Of a DNA stretch of 20,000 nucleotides, positions 9,309 through 20,000 are shown in pieces. Within the stretch, counting starts at the first letter, position 1. Each line of letters starts with the position of its first letter. Location: assembly GCA_000934665.2 (NCBI GenBank), contig KZ538055.1, forward strand, positions 119,147 through 139,146, given 5' to 3'. The notes below the pieces were generated by a model. It had not been told where the DNA came from. It did not search any database and worked only from the letters and a program-made list of their open reading frames with translations. The translations under genes were made by a program, and so were the position numbers. The stretch is from Catajapyx aquilonaris (Eukaryota).

Positions 9309-10980
9309 TGTGTCAAAATGTAGGTCAGCTCGCCGACTTCCTTTATGGACGACCCTATGGCAGAAAATAATATGTTGTTTACCTGACTGTAAGTCCGCAT
9401 TACGAGCACTTCCGGAACAGGCTTTATTGTTCCTGAATTTGTTGCCAGGAAGGATATTGCCTGGGAGAGTGCTTAGCAAGCGATAAACAATTTAGTGTGG
9501 GAGGAAAGAGCCGCAGAAGGCGTTGGCTTTTTCGGGGATCTCTTTTCTGCATGTTTTAAGGCTCGGCTGGAAACGATCTGTACTGATGGCGAGACGAATT
9601 ACGTGGTATTAAAGAGACTGCAGACGTTACACCCTCGGCACATGGTCCATTTGCAGAGGCGGTAATCGCTCCTAGGCATCTGCGAGTCGGAGCAGTCAGG
9701 CAAGACACGTGCCAATTTTTTGCTTGTCTTCTTGCCAAATGGCCGGGGAGATAGATCCGTGCAGATTTGAGATTATTCAGTGGAAACCTCGAGAGGATTC
9801 AGCAGTATCTAACCTGACGATTCACATCCATTTTCACGCAGGATCCAACGCTCCATTTTGCTAATGAGTTCTTAACATCTTCGCCTTAATGCTGTCGTTT
9901 ATGAGCGGACAAAGTGCATAAATTGCGAGGAGAAGGCGGAGTCTTTTTATATACGACCGGACAGGGAGCCAATCACGAGACACATAACATAAATCTGGTT
10001 TTTGGCCGACAGGCCGCATTGATTTTGCCATCATCCGATGAACTCTTAATTGCACTATGGTGTCACTTGGCCGTTAGGAAAACTTTGCCCCGAATCGAGA
10101 GGCCATCACTTTCAGGTCGCACTTAGGTTCTGTTAGATTTATTGTGTGAGCTGAGGCAACTAGGGCCATTAATTTTCAGGCAAGGAAACGTGAGAACATC
10201 CGCAAATGCCATTTACAACTTGAACCTAATCACCGCACGACCCAAATGTTTTCACGATGCGTGTCGTCCAGCCTGTGCCGCTCATGTCATCTGTGGACAC
10301 ATTATCTTCCATGCGCATCATTTGTCGTATTTGTTTCGGTATATGTGGCTATAGCAGGTGGATTTCTACACGTGTCAGGAATGTTTGCACAGCCTCGGAC
10401 CGAGTATGTTCATCGACACATCTGGTCGATATGGAGGAGCTTTTAGCGAGAGAGCCAGACCTTATAACACTGCGTCACTTGCTTGCTTGCAGGTGCTCGC
10501 TTTGTTTGCTTTGGCTTGGGAAAATTAAAGCTTTGGAAACACACTTCATGATATACCCAGAACCTGCCAGGGAAAAGGATACAACGCACTAAATCCCATC
10601 AAGTTTGCTGTTTTTAATGTCTGTAAACGCGGCCTGGATTTTATACCCGACATTTATTCTATAATTGTGAGTGAAACGGATCCAGCTTCATTTGCATCAA
10701 ATACATCGGTATAGGCAGTGCATTACGCTTGTTGAGACTATTAAATTACCGGTTTCAGTGGCAGGGAAATGGCCTCGTAATATTTTTACACGCATACAGG
10801 AAAGTACTCCATCAGCAGGCTATCACTGAAGGCACTTTAATGTCACTTCAGTTACTGCTGTTATAACTCTGTGTTTTATATGAGCTGCACATTTTTTCCC
10901 CCACTGAAAAATTATGTTGCACCCTGTGCACGGTTGTGATTTTTTCGAGTCTCAGCCTCTCAAATTTCGGGTCAAAATTG

Positions 10981-12118
10981 CCTTTTGCGAGTTTAAGAGA
11001 ATGTTGAATGGTTTGGAAAAAGAGTTGAGATTAATAATTGGAGGTGATCTATACGTGAAATAACTTTTTGCAAGTCCCCTGCAGTTGCAGGTTTACAGTA
11101 CAGCCGCAGGGCTACAGCACAAGTTAGGGGGAAAACTCGATATATCTTCTTTTTATGATAATACTATAGCGAGACTTACCGAAATCGTTCGGTTAACATA
11201 ACTCATTTTTTTTTTCTTGGCTGCAAAGTTTCAACACTTTTCCATCACCAGACTCCCAATCATCTATTAGACTTTCGAATAGCTCCCCATTTTTCATTTA
11301 TATTGCTTACCCGATATTCAAAAACAATTTTTTGCGTGCAAGTTTGCAAATTGCCTTTTTTATGCATGTAAAATAGTTATCGAATACGACCTTGTCCTGA
11401 ATGTGCAATCCATTCATTTGTCTCATGTATACACATCCGAAAGTGCACTTTTTTATATTCCTTCGACCATAAATCATTATCGGAAGACCTCGTGTGCGTC
11501 CACGAAGATTTTTCGAAGCCAATGCATCAACTTCCAATCCAATATCTGTATGAAACCAGACTCTTCGCGCGTGGTTTGAGGGGGTTAAAGCTGGGAAATG
11601 GGTTGGAAATTTTCATTGAAGGATTATTTTTGTGTCCGCTCGTGGCAGCCATTTGCGGGGCCGGATTTTCTTCTTCCGCTATAGCAGGAGTTGGGCGGGG
11701 GTTGGCGAAGTGTGTATCTTTTGAAATATCTCTATGGGAAAGTAGTGAAGGAGCTGCGCTGAAGCAAGAAAAGAGGTGACGAGATAAAGAGGCAGCATCC
11801 ATTTGAAAAGGCAAGAGAGAGATTGAGAAAAATGAATGGCAGAACGAACTTTTCTTTGGCCTCTCCAACTTTTTAAGGGCTGATCAAGTTTTTGGCATGA
11901 GCAATGATTACTATGCAGTTTCGAGGATTCCTTTCAAACGTCCTCAGTGGGTTGGGACTATTGGAAGGAGACCGAAGAGACTTGTGAAAGTTTCGGGCCC
12001 TATTTCTAATGCTACACGCACATTTTCATCCTGGCGTTATTGAAAAGCTTCGTCTCAAAACTTGGTCTCAGAGCGATTCTATATTTTTGCCTCGACCTTA
12101 GAGGGCTTCCGGAAAGTA
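10981..12118 (-). mobile_element. Decayed piggyBac-superfamily transposase
   Basis: Motifs in order on the minus strand: YFPEAL (12118-12101), FETKLF (12059-12042; cf. ETNxY), LFGLL, VRSAIHF (11849-11829; cf. LHF), AIAEE..QM..G (11685-; cf. IDExM), FNPLKP (11589-11572; cf. QYxPxKP), IYG, VVFDNYFT (11390-11367; second catalytic D), DGKVLKLCS (cf. WxDNKxV), RIDHLQLLIS (11055-11026; cf. GVDxxDQ) and TRKR (cf. RKW). Multiple stops and frameshifts. Confidence 0.8.
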
Positions 12119-13389
12119 TTATGTGTCGCAGGCAGCCTTTGTTGAGCACAATTCGCGAAACTTTGCAGGTGAGAGATGTCAGGAGGTAAATCGCAAGAAG
12201 TATTGCCAGGACCGGTTAATCTTCCGACATGAAAAAGAGCTCTGGTTATGGCAGGTTATGATTTACCATATACTAGGGTGGGGCACAAAAAAAACGTCAT
12301 TTGACCCTACTATAACTGGGGTTTGTAGTCGTAAATCTGGCTTCAAATACTGCTTATAGATCACAGGTGAAGACCTCCCTTCTGGTCACGCACGGTCACA
12401 ATAGCGATTGCCCCCTCCACCTTTTCCATAGCCTTTGGCGTGATATTTTTGTAGACTGCTGCTGTTCAACTCGCGAGTTCGCTTTTTTTCAATCCGTGGC
12501 GTGGATGCCTTTCCAAGGGGGAAATCATTTCTATGCCACTTTGGTGCCTCAAAGGCATAAATCTACATCGTTTCCTGTGGAGCATGAAAAAAAAAAGTTT
12601 CTTTTCCATGGTTGGAAAGTTTTGGGTTCGGGAACTCTAGACACGGGCGCTATGTTTCGGAGGAACTACTATACTTGAGGTGGTGGATGAAAACTTCTGC
12701 TGAATCTCATTGCCCCGATTTTTTTTCCTGTCAGTTTAACGCGCTGGAAAGTTCGGGAAATCGCGGCCTAATTGTTCGGTTCCCCCAAGAGCGCAATCTG
12801 ACGAATAAGTGTTCCGTGACTTCATTTCTAAAACCAATCTTAGTTAATTTCAGCAAAGTTCCCTCGTGATTCTGGATGCGAATAAGCTAGCTTGAGGCTT
12901 TGTTTAACCTCAGGATTGGGGTCACAACATTTGGGAGTCCCTCCAATCCAAGGCATTTATTAGTGTTGGTAACGAAAAATTAATTCGTACCGACATGCGA
13001 CAGCTGGATAAATTTATTACAGTCGCACTGGGCGCGAGGTAATTAACGTCAAGCTTATCCTCCGTGACGTCTGTTACCCCCTTTTGAGCGTTAATCAGCC
13101 TCACTGCACATGACGTGTCATACACACCCGGACGCGGGGGCGTGTGTGTATGACGGATGTTTGCTCTATTATTGAGTCGTGCTGATGCTGCGATTTGATG
13201 GACAATCTGCTCGTCATTATTAACGCTCTCGCATGTACAGTGTTGAGCAAGATGTACCGCACGAAACACGCACAGTCATTTGCTTTATTAGCCTCACATG
13301 TGCCCCTTTCTGCGTGTATCAGGATATACCGCAAATATATTTTGCAGGAAAGGCAGGGAAAATGATGTCGACAGATAAATTCTGATATT

Positions 13390-13493
13390 AAATCAATTCT
13401 GGTTGATGTCCCCCTAGAAAGGCCCAAGGCCTTATGCGGTAAATTTTTTAAAATAAAGTAAAAAAAATTAACAAATAAAAAATCAATTCTGGT
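13390..13493 (+). mobile_element. Short A-tailed retroposed insertion (probable 5'-truncated LINE/SINE 3' end) with 14-bp target-site duplication
   Basis: AAATCAATTCTGGT occurs at 13390-13403 and again at 13480-13493. The 76-bp insert between them ends in AATAAA (13452-13457) followed by an A-rich tail. The left junction reads TT|AAAT. Confidence 0.6.
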
Positions 13494-15695
13494 CATCTGA
13501 TTGGACGAATAACATTTTTTTTTTCTATTCGCATCTTCCTTCAATAGAATTTGTTTCAAAATTTTCCTTTTCGTTTCATCCTGTTAGTCAGGCAGACCTG
13601 CGAACAGGAGAGGCGTGAAGGTTGCTCTGATTAGTCAGGATAAATACATTCGTTACAGTAAGATTTATTTCAACATGGAAATTGTTCTCGTGAGCAGTGG
13701 AAACCTTCAGGATCATCCTACACTACAGTATAGCCCTACATTGCCCCGAATGTTGTTGGGATAATTGCTGGCTAATAATAATTAGAGAACAGTGAATCGC
13801 ATCCGTTCAAACGGAGCCTCGACAATTAATTGCGCGATTCCCGGATTACATCAATCAGTCCTGCCAACTATGAAATGCAGCTATTTTCGAACCCCAGATC
13901 AACTCGACATCCTTTTACTTTCATTCCATTATTTTTGTTCATATGTCTGACGTGATATCGCTTAATGAGAAAATTGTGCGAAAATCGGATCAAAGAAGGG
14001 TACCCTGCTCGCCACGTCCCCCAAAACAATTAGCGCAATTACAAGCTGCTTAATTAAATTGTCTGGTAACCTGGAACACGATGACGGTTGACAACCCCCC
14101 GCTCCATCCACCCACCCACCCTTCAGGAAGGTCCATTTTAGGAGTCTGCGTCTGAGACTGGCTGGCGGCGACACCTCAAATTAGTGATTGGCTAATTGAA
14201 GCGGCGCGTGGAAAGGGGAGAGGACACCACACACCTAGAGAGAGCTGCAGCAGTAGTCTGCGGTTTCAAATAGATGACACCAACTGATGGACCGGGGAGG
14301 ATTCATCTCCCTCGAGATGGATCACGCGTGAAATTAAAATCCTCTCCACGAAGCTGAGACTCGATTAAACTTTCGGGGGAAAGAATTTGTGTAGGGTTCA
14401 AATCTGGCGCCGGCTCAACAGGTGACGCCATATTGATTTTAATGGAGGCTCTCTTGCAACATGGCTCCTTTCTAGAAATGGTTGGTGTATAGATTAACCG
14501 ATAACATCCTTCCGACTCTGATGCCAGACCCAGACGCTTATCCGACATCAATAAAGCTTCATTGAATTATTTTTTTTTGCCAGATAAAAGGGCACTCTAC
14601 AATTCCACTCCCTTTGCTGGAAATGGGTGTCTGACATTCTTATTTGACTGACCTTTCTTGACTGGAAAAATCCGCCTAATTAGTATTTGGGAAAATATGG
14701 AAGTGATGGGGGGGGGGGACACTTTCCCCAACCACAGTGTTTCGAACCTTGTTTCTTCAATTTAATGAGGGGCATTTAAAAAATCATCGCTTCTCCGCGA
14801 CTTTCTACTGCGACGAGCATAAGCCTGAACTATGTAACTTCCAAGTGACAAAAAAATTGGCCGCCACTGTGGGCTACTTTTCGACAAAAGCCCGCTTCCT
14901 TAATGATACTTTGGAAGAGAGAGACAGCCCCCATCGCCTGCGAGTTTTGTGAGATCTACGGTATGCGCACATGTCCACTTTTACTCAGAGTTGACCATAT
15001 TGTATTCGCCATTTTGCATTGCAAATTTATATCAGCCTATTTTAATTCAGGAGCCAGAAAACCTCCCAATCCCAAGTTGTTCAAAGTGAGCGGTTTCAGG
15101 GTCACACGCCTGCCATATTATTGGATCTTCCATTTTGAATTTTCCATTTTCGGCAACTTATTTGAATTGCGAACAAAAACCACCTCTGAAAACGTACTTT
15201 CGTCACTATTACGTAATTTTATTAGGCGATTTAGGATTATGTCCGCTTATTTTTCGATTTGGCCCTGCTGTGGCGCCAGTGTGGCTTATGTTATGACTAC
15301 AATGAAGTGCAGAAAATGACAGGAGCGCATCAACAACTTCAAACTTTCAGGATATGAAAACTGTTGTTTAAACTGCTTATAACTAACTTCCAGCTACGGT
15401 GAACCTGTGTACACAAGAATCGCATGGGTCCCTAAGATAATATCTACTGTAATGGACAGGTTACCGATATGTTGGGGACATTATTTTTTGCGAAATCTTT
15501 ACAGAAGTTTTTCCGGCGAGAAAGAGAGGAAAAGGCCAACTAGCATATTATGAGACACATGGTGTCTGGAAGTCCACAAAAAGCTGACTCGGAGGTCTGT
15601 GTAGGGCTCAAGAGTGAACCTGGCTGGAGCTTCTGTTTTTGTGACAGTGACTGGTAAGAGGTGATTTCCGTTATGAACAGGGGTTTTCTGTTGAG

Positions 15696-16722
15696 GGAGA
15701 CAAAAAAAATCAGTCCCGTTTCCACGTTTGGCAGGTTCTGTTACATCCGCAAAAATTCATTGCATGTCATATTCATATACGTACGTCCGTTCCCAGAAGA
15801 AATTCCGCAATGGACAGGTTTCCGTTCATTACTTCCACACCTTGAAGACATCATGAGAGTCATTTGCGGATTTGTCAACTTCACCTCTCCAATTTTGTCT
15901 GATTCTATAGATTTTAGGTCATGAAGTAATATGAGATACTCATTAGTTTGTAGAGTCATAATGTTTCTTATACTGACCTGTAAAATTAATTAACTTTACC
16001 ACAGCATGCTTGCACTTTTCAGACTGCAGGCATCTGCTTAGGATTGGCGGAATATTTAGAACATTAATCATATCGGAATCCTGAGGGAAAATCAAATACC
16101 GTATATTTAAAATTCCTAGTCACTGCCTTTATTACATATGGGTATATGGTATACGTGTTGAAACAGACCTCTTCCGTCCGAGGAGACGACTGTACAGTCA
16201 TTTTAGTGTTTTTTTTGAAAAATCGTCACATACATCCTTCTGCCCCCAGTAAAGCTTTCAGGTAAGGTCACACCAGTTAACTTTAGGTTACACCATTAAT
16301 AGTGATGACGCAAAATTTTTGAGCAGCACTGGAGATAAATTGGGTGTGGGAAAGTGAAATATTATAATATCTCACCTGTATATGCATAAATTATTGTTCC
16401 AACGGCATGTTTAGATTCCCGGACTTGGCCACAGCTTTACATGAACAGTATTATATGGTCGTTTGTTGGTTTAGCCAGTTCAATGTTCACTTCTTGTCAA
16501 TCATGTGGCTTGCCGGTCAGGTTTCTGGATTGCAGGCTCTGCAGAGCAACAATGTTGCACTTGCTGGTCTCGCTTCCGGGCTTAGAGCCCCAGCACACAA
16601 TGCGACATCCCTTGAAGGATGGCTTAGCTCCAGCATCCAAGAGGGACCTCTTCTTGTCGCCCACTTATATATAGTGCAGGATGTCGGCCATGGTCACCTC
16701 CAATAAAATTCCGGCATGACAT
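15696..16722 (-). pseudogene. Decayed SWIM zinc-finger / YqaJ (lambda-exonuclease-like) gene, of the type found as the second ORF of ISL2EU (PIF/Harbinger-related) transposons
   Basis: The minus strand reads LEVTMADILHYI*VGDKKRSLL...RIVCWG...CNIVALQSLQSRNLTGKPH...EVNIEL, then CSCKA (16447-16433, shifted frame) and KHAVGTII, a decayed SWIM CxC..CxH. A 47-nt GT-AG intron (16375-16329) follows, then LYWGQK (16254-16237; cf. SCTDxxxxW). Further on are LTNPQ..W.NERK..ISS (about 15880-15795; cf. TxxQxxSxxWxxxRxxRITAS) and VETGLIFFVS...P (15725-15696). Confidence 0.6.
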
Positions 16723-17100
16723 TTATCGGAAATTACGCAACGCCTTTTAAAAGCTGGCCAAATGCACTAATTTCAGGCAACAATATAGCAGACAATAAGT
16801 CAAGTATTATTATATAAAGTCCGAGTATATAATCCTGCGACTCCAGTAGGTTTCATAGTTTATCAGGCAGTTTGGCCTTGTTGTTTCAACGGGGCGGTAA
16901 ATGATGAATCTGCAATGCTCGTTTTCGATTCTGGGCTGATGTGCTTGCTTGGAGTGTTTGGATTGCACTTGAGTTCTAGTTTGTCGCCTGGTTAATTGCT
17001 TGCTTTTCACCCGCTTCTTCAAACAAAGAGTGACGGCTGCTAATGATCCCTGACTAACGGCTTTAAATGTTTAAAAAACGGCACATGTCGCGCTTTGTAA

Positions 17101-17124
17101 CACACACACACACACACTCTCTCT
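17101..17124. repeat. Compound microsatellite (CA)8(CT)4
   Basis: Read directly from the sequence. Confidence 0.9.
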
Positions 17125-19138
17125 TAAGTTTCATAAAGGTTCAGAATTCCTGAAGCGACAGAGGACAACTTTATAAAGAGATGTGCATTATTAGTGCTTC
17201 CGCCAATAATGACCGTCAGAGGCTGTCGGGTTAATTGAGAGTAATGAAAACATGAGCAAAAACTATACACGCGCGCATTAACAAAACAACAAATGCACAG
17301 AGATTTTATCACGTTTGTCAGAATTATTGTTCCGAACTGGCAACACCGATTTTGGCTTCCAGAATTTTACAAATAATGTTCAATAATCTCCTTATTTACG
17401 GGCATAACATGACTCCTTATTTACGAGCCCATTTCACATGCGGCGGCTAGCTTAAACAACATTTATGGCGTCATTGTTGCACTTTTTTTGCAACCAATAA
17501 TGACAACAATCGGAGTTGTGTGACGTAACGTCATTAGAGGCGTTATATTGCATCCGGGGGTTAATTTTAATTGCGTTACTGGGACAATAATTAAAGCGTG
17601 GTTTGAGTTAAGCCCGGCTTGTTTATTGTGAAATAGCATGTGATTTGTTGCGGTGTTATAGTTGCTATTCGAAATGGGTTTATTCAATTAAAATGACACA
17701 GCGACATCAAAATTAGTGGGCTATGGCTGTTGACTTCCATATATTTCGAAAATAAGCTGTTATTACAGTCAAATACTGCCGGAAATTTGCTAATACAATA
17801 TTAATCGCATTTAACACACACGTTCATGCCCATTTTAATCGTGAAATTTTTAACAGGCTGTCAAAACATATTCTGTCTGTTTAAAAGGTTGGACAAAACA
17901 ACTTGCCTGCTGTTAGCACTTAGCGGGCAGTTAAATACTTATAATTACATGTTATATGAAGCGTTTCACAGCTGCCTTTTATTGACAGCCCGATTTAAAC
18001 AAATGAAAAACTAGTCATTTCCGGCTTATTAGTAATCATTATTTAAAACCCTGGAATAATGACGTTCCTGAAAGTGACGTTAACTGTGACGTTCGCCATA
18101 TTTTAATATTTATTAATTTTTACAATCGTAATACTTTTCAATGTATTGACTATAATGCATGAACAATGACTAAAATGATCGCTAATTCAAAATAAACATG
18201 CACGTCCCTCTTACATCCTTTTTTTAAATGGCAACAGTTCATTTTAATTTTAATTTTAATGCATTTTAATTCCTTTCGGGTTCTAAAAGATCCCACGTCA
18301 CTGTTCCATGGTTAACCCAACTCGGGCGCGACATTATGACACCATTTTCCGTCGATGGTGTAGTTAAAATGAACAATGAAATTAGTGTGCTCAATTTGAG
18401 CTCATATTTGGGTCGGAGCTTTGTTAAATAACTGTTAGTCAGATTCAGTTAAAGCCCCGGTTGAAAAGGCCGGATAAACCAGGATTAAGCCGTCCTTTTT
18501 GGGGCCTTGCGGATTCTTATAACATTAATTGTTGGGATCACAACGGATTCGGAACTTTGATGGGGCCTACGTACGTCACAATGGCAACAACGACATTTCA
18601 ATAATGTACGGTAAACTCGAGAAAATTTGACTTACATCCTGCCAACATATTGAATGTTTTTAAAGATATGCCACACATAAATTGACCAACTGATTTAATT
18701 TTAATATTAAATTATTTCTGTTGGTATATTTTGATAGCTGAATAATATTGTTTGGTGACACTGGCCCCGCCTTATCTTTCTCACAAAAAAACACCGGAAG
18801 CCCAACTTATATCGTAAAGTCAGACATCAGTGGTCGATTCGGATGCAAACTGTCCCCAAACTTTGATCCGACTTTTGAACCTCAAAAGCCTCGGAACGAC
18901 AACTGTGAAAAAAAGAGGCTTACCAGCCGCTATTGAGCATAATCCGCGGATTTCACCACCTCTCGGAGGTCGTCGAGCAGGGCAGACAGGTCACAGGTCA
19001 CTAGTAATATAACATGAGAGGTGCTCACGCGGCCACGCAGCCTGAAGGTCTGAGAGGAAACCGTGTACACTTGCGCGCTTTTATTCCCAACCTGGCTTTT
19101 GCCTATGCCTACCTCATGCTCTACTATATATATTCTCT

Positions 19139-19171
19139 CCCTTCCCACCCCACCCCACCAACCCTACCCCC
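19139..19171 (-). other. Potential G-quadruplex-forming sequence
   Basis: The minus strand reads GGGGGTAGGGTTGGTGGGGTGGGGTGGGAAGGG, with six runs of three or more G and short loops. Confidence 0.5.
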
Positions 19172-20000
19172 TCCTCTTTCACCAAAATCCTCTCCGGGTT
19201 GGCCAATTCCCCGGATCTGCGCGTTCGGATCGCGGGAAGGGCGGGAGAGGCTCAGAGAGAAAAGACGGACTTGTTGAATCCAGGATCAACTTTCCCATTC
19301 CAAAGCAGACTAGGTGCTCTGCCAAACATGATTACATTCATGTATATTTGTATGTTCCTGGGCTTAACTCGATTTTGACATTTTTTTGTGTGTTGACATA
19401 TTATTGCATAACACCGTCCTAGTAGGTTTCATGGCCAACTTCCGGTTTTCCGGTGAAGTCTACCTGGTTTAGAAATTATTTTCCTTGGATTACTCGGCAA
19501 CGAGAAATGACACTGGCAACATTCTATGTCACTGTTGTCCGCTTATAATTTCCTTGCCATTGAGAAAAGGTCTATACTGAGTGCCAATCTTGTTCACTCT
19601 TTATTCTGAGGTGTATTCAATGAGCAAGAATTGGGCTGGTCAGATTACACGTTTTTTAGTGGATAAAATGCAAGAATTCGCAGAATTTGTTGAAAGAAGA
19701 CAGGAAGAGTACAGGAAGAATTTAATATCGTTTTCTTGCAAAGGGGTCTTTTATAAAATTCCATTGTATGGCTGGAGCTGCTGGAGATATGCCTGTGAAT
19801 GACGATTTCAACCCTCTAAGAATACACTCGAATCTTTCTACAGAGGAAAAACTTCCTTGTTGAGAGTGTTGGGAACCTTTTGTGTAAGAGGAAAAAAAAT
19901 AGTTGGCTGGTTCCATTTCAATCCAGACGGTGGGTGCCCAGTCATGGTCTTCGATTTTTTTTAAAAAAATATATGTGAAACCCACATCCAATTGAACCCT

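Larger units (their letters stand above)
8638..9806 (+). mobile_element. Decayed hAT-superfamily transposase fragment (ZNF862/ZMYM-like type)
   Basis: CVLC (8638-8649) and RTAFRFMERGAPL (8783-8821; cf. RTAYxxAKxxxPF). One frame from 9336 to 9806, with stops, reads SFMDD...VR...IVPEFVARKDIAWESA*QAINN...GV...KARLETICTDGETNY..LKRLQTLHP..VH...VETSRGFSS. This matches the order first catalytic D, xVR/EF strands, TA helix, TDG, HP/HC region and TRW-like motif. Confidence 0.6.

Noticed and set aside
8950..9479. Poly-Leu, poly-Ile and poly-Asn ORFs
   Set aside because: These are translation artefacts of the (ATT)24 microsatellite.
19581..19991. Short ORFs at the right edge that might be another transposon remnant
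   Set aside because: No motif could be assigned with confidence.
1..20000. CRISPR arrays, tRNA/rRNA genes or prokaryotic operons
   Set aside because: No regularly spaced repeats or structural RNA signatures were seen, and the sequence is eukaryotic.

Overview
Eukaryotic (animal, most likely arthropod) genomic DNA. Only one protein-coding gene is intact: a class A GPCR of the neuropeptide F/Y receptor family (NPFR-like, minus strand, 5836-7287, 483 aa from the likely ATG). Its coding region has no introns and is preceded by a strong 3' splice site, so the right-hand 12.6 kb is probably partly or wholly 5'-UTR intron and upstream sequence. The flanks hold old, frameshifted DNA-transposon remnants that the ORF track shows only in pieces. 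These are a two-gene Kolobok-like fossil (THAP plus DDE transposase on +, convergent KolX-like gene on -), a hAT transposase remnant interrupted by a small TA-flanked Tc1/mariner-like MITE carrying (ATT)24, a piggyBac transposase remnant, and a SWIM/YqaJ remnant of the ISL2EU-type second ORF. A 76-bp A-tailed insertion has a 14-bp target-site duplication. The most unusual gene-level signal is a tandem CAG-CAG-CAG acceptor followed 3 nt later by a consensus donor (GTGAGT) just upstream of the NPFR start codon. All family calls come from by-eye matching to remembered consensus motifs; no searches were run. I found no solid evidence for a wholly new biological system.
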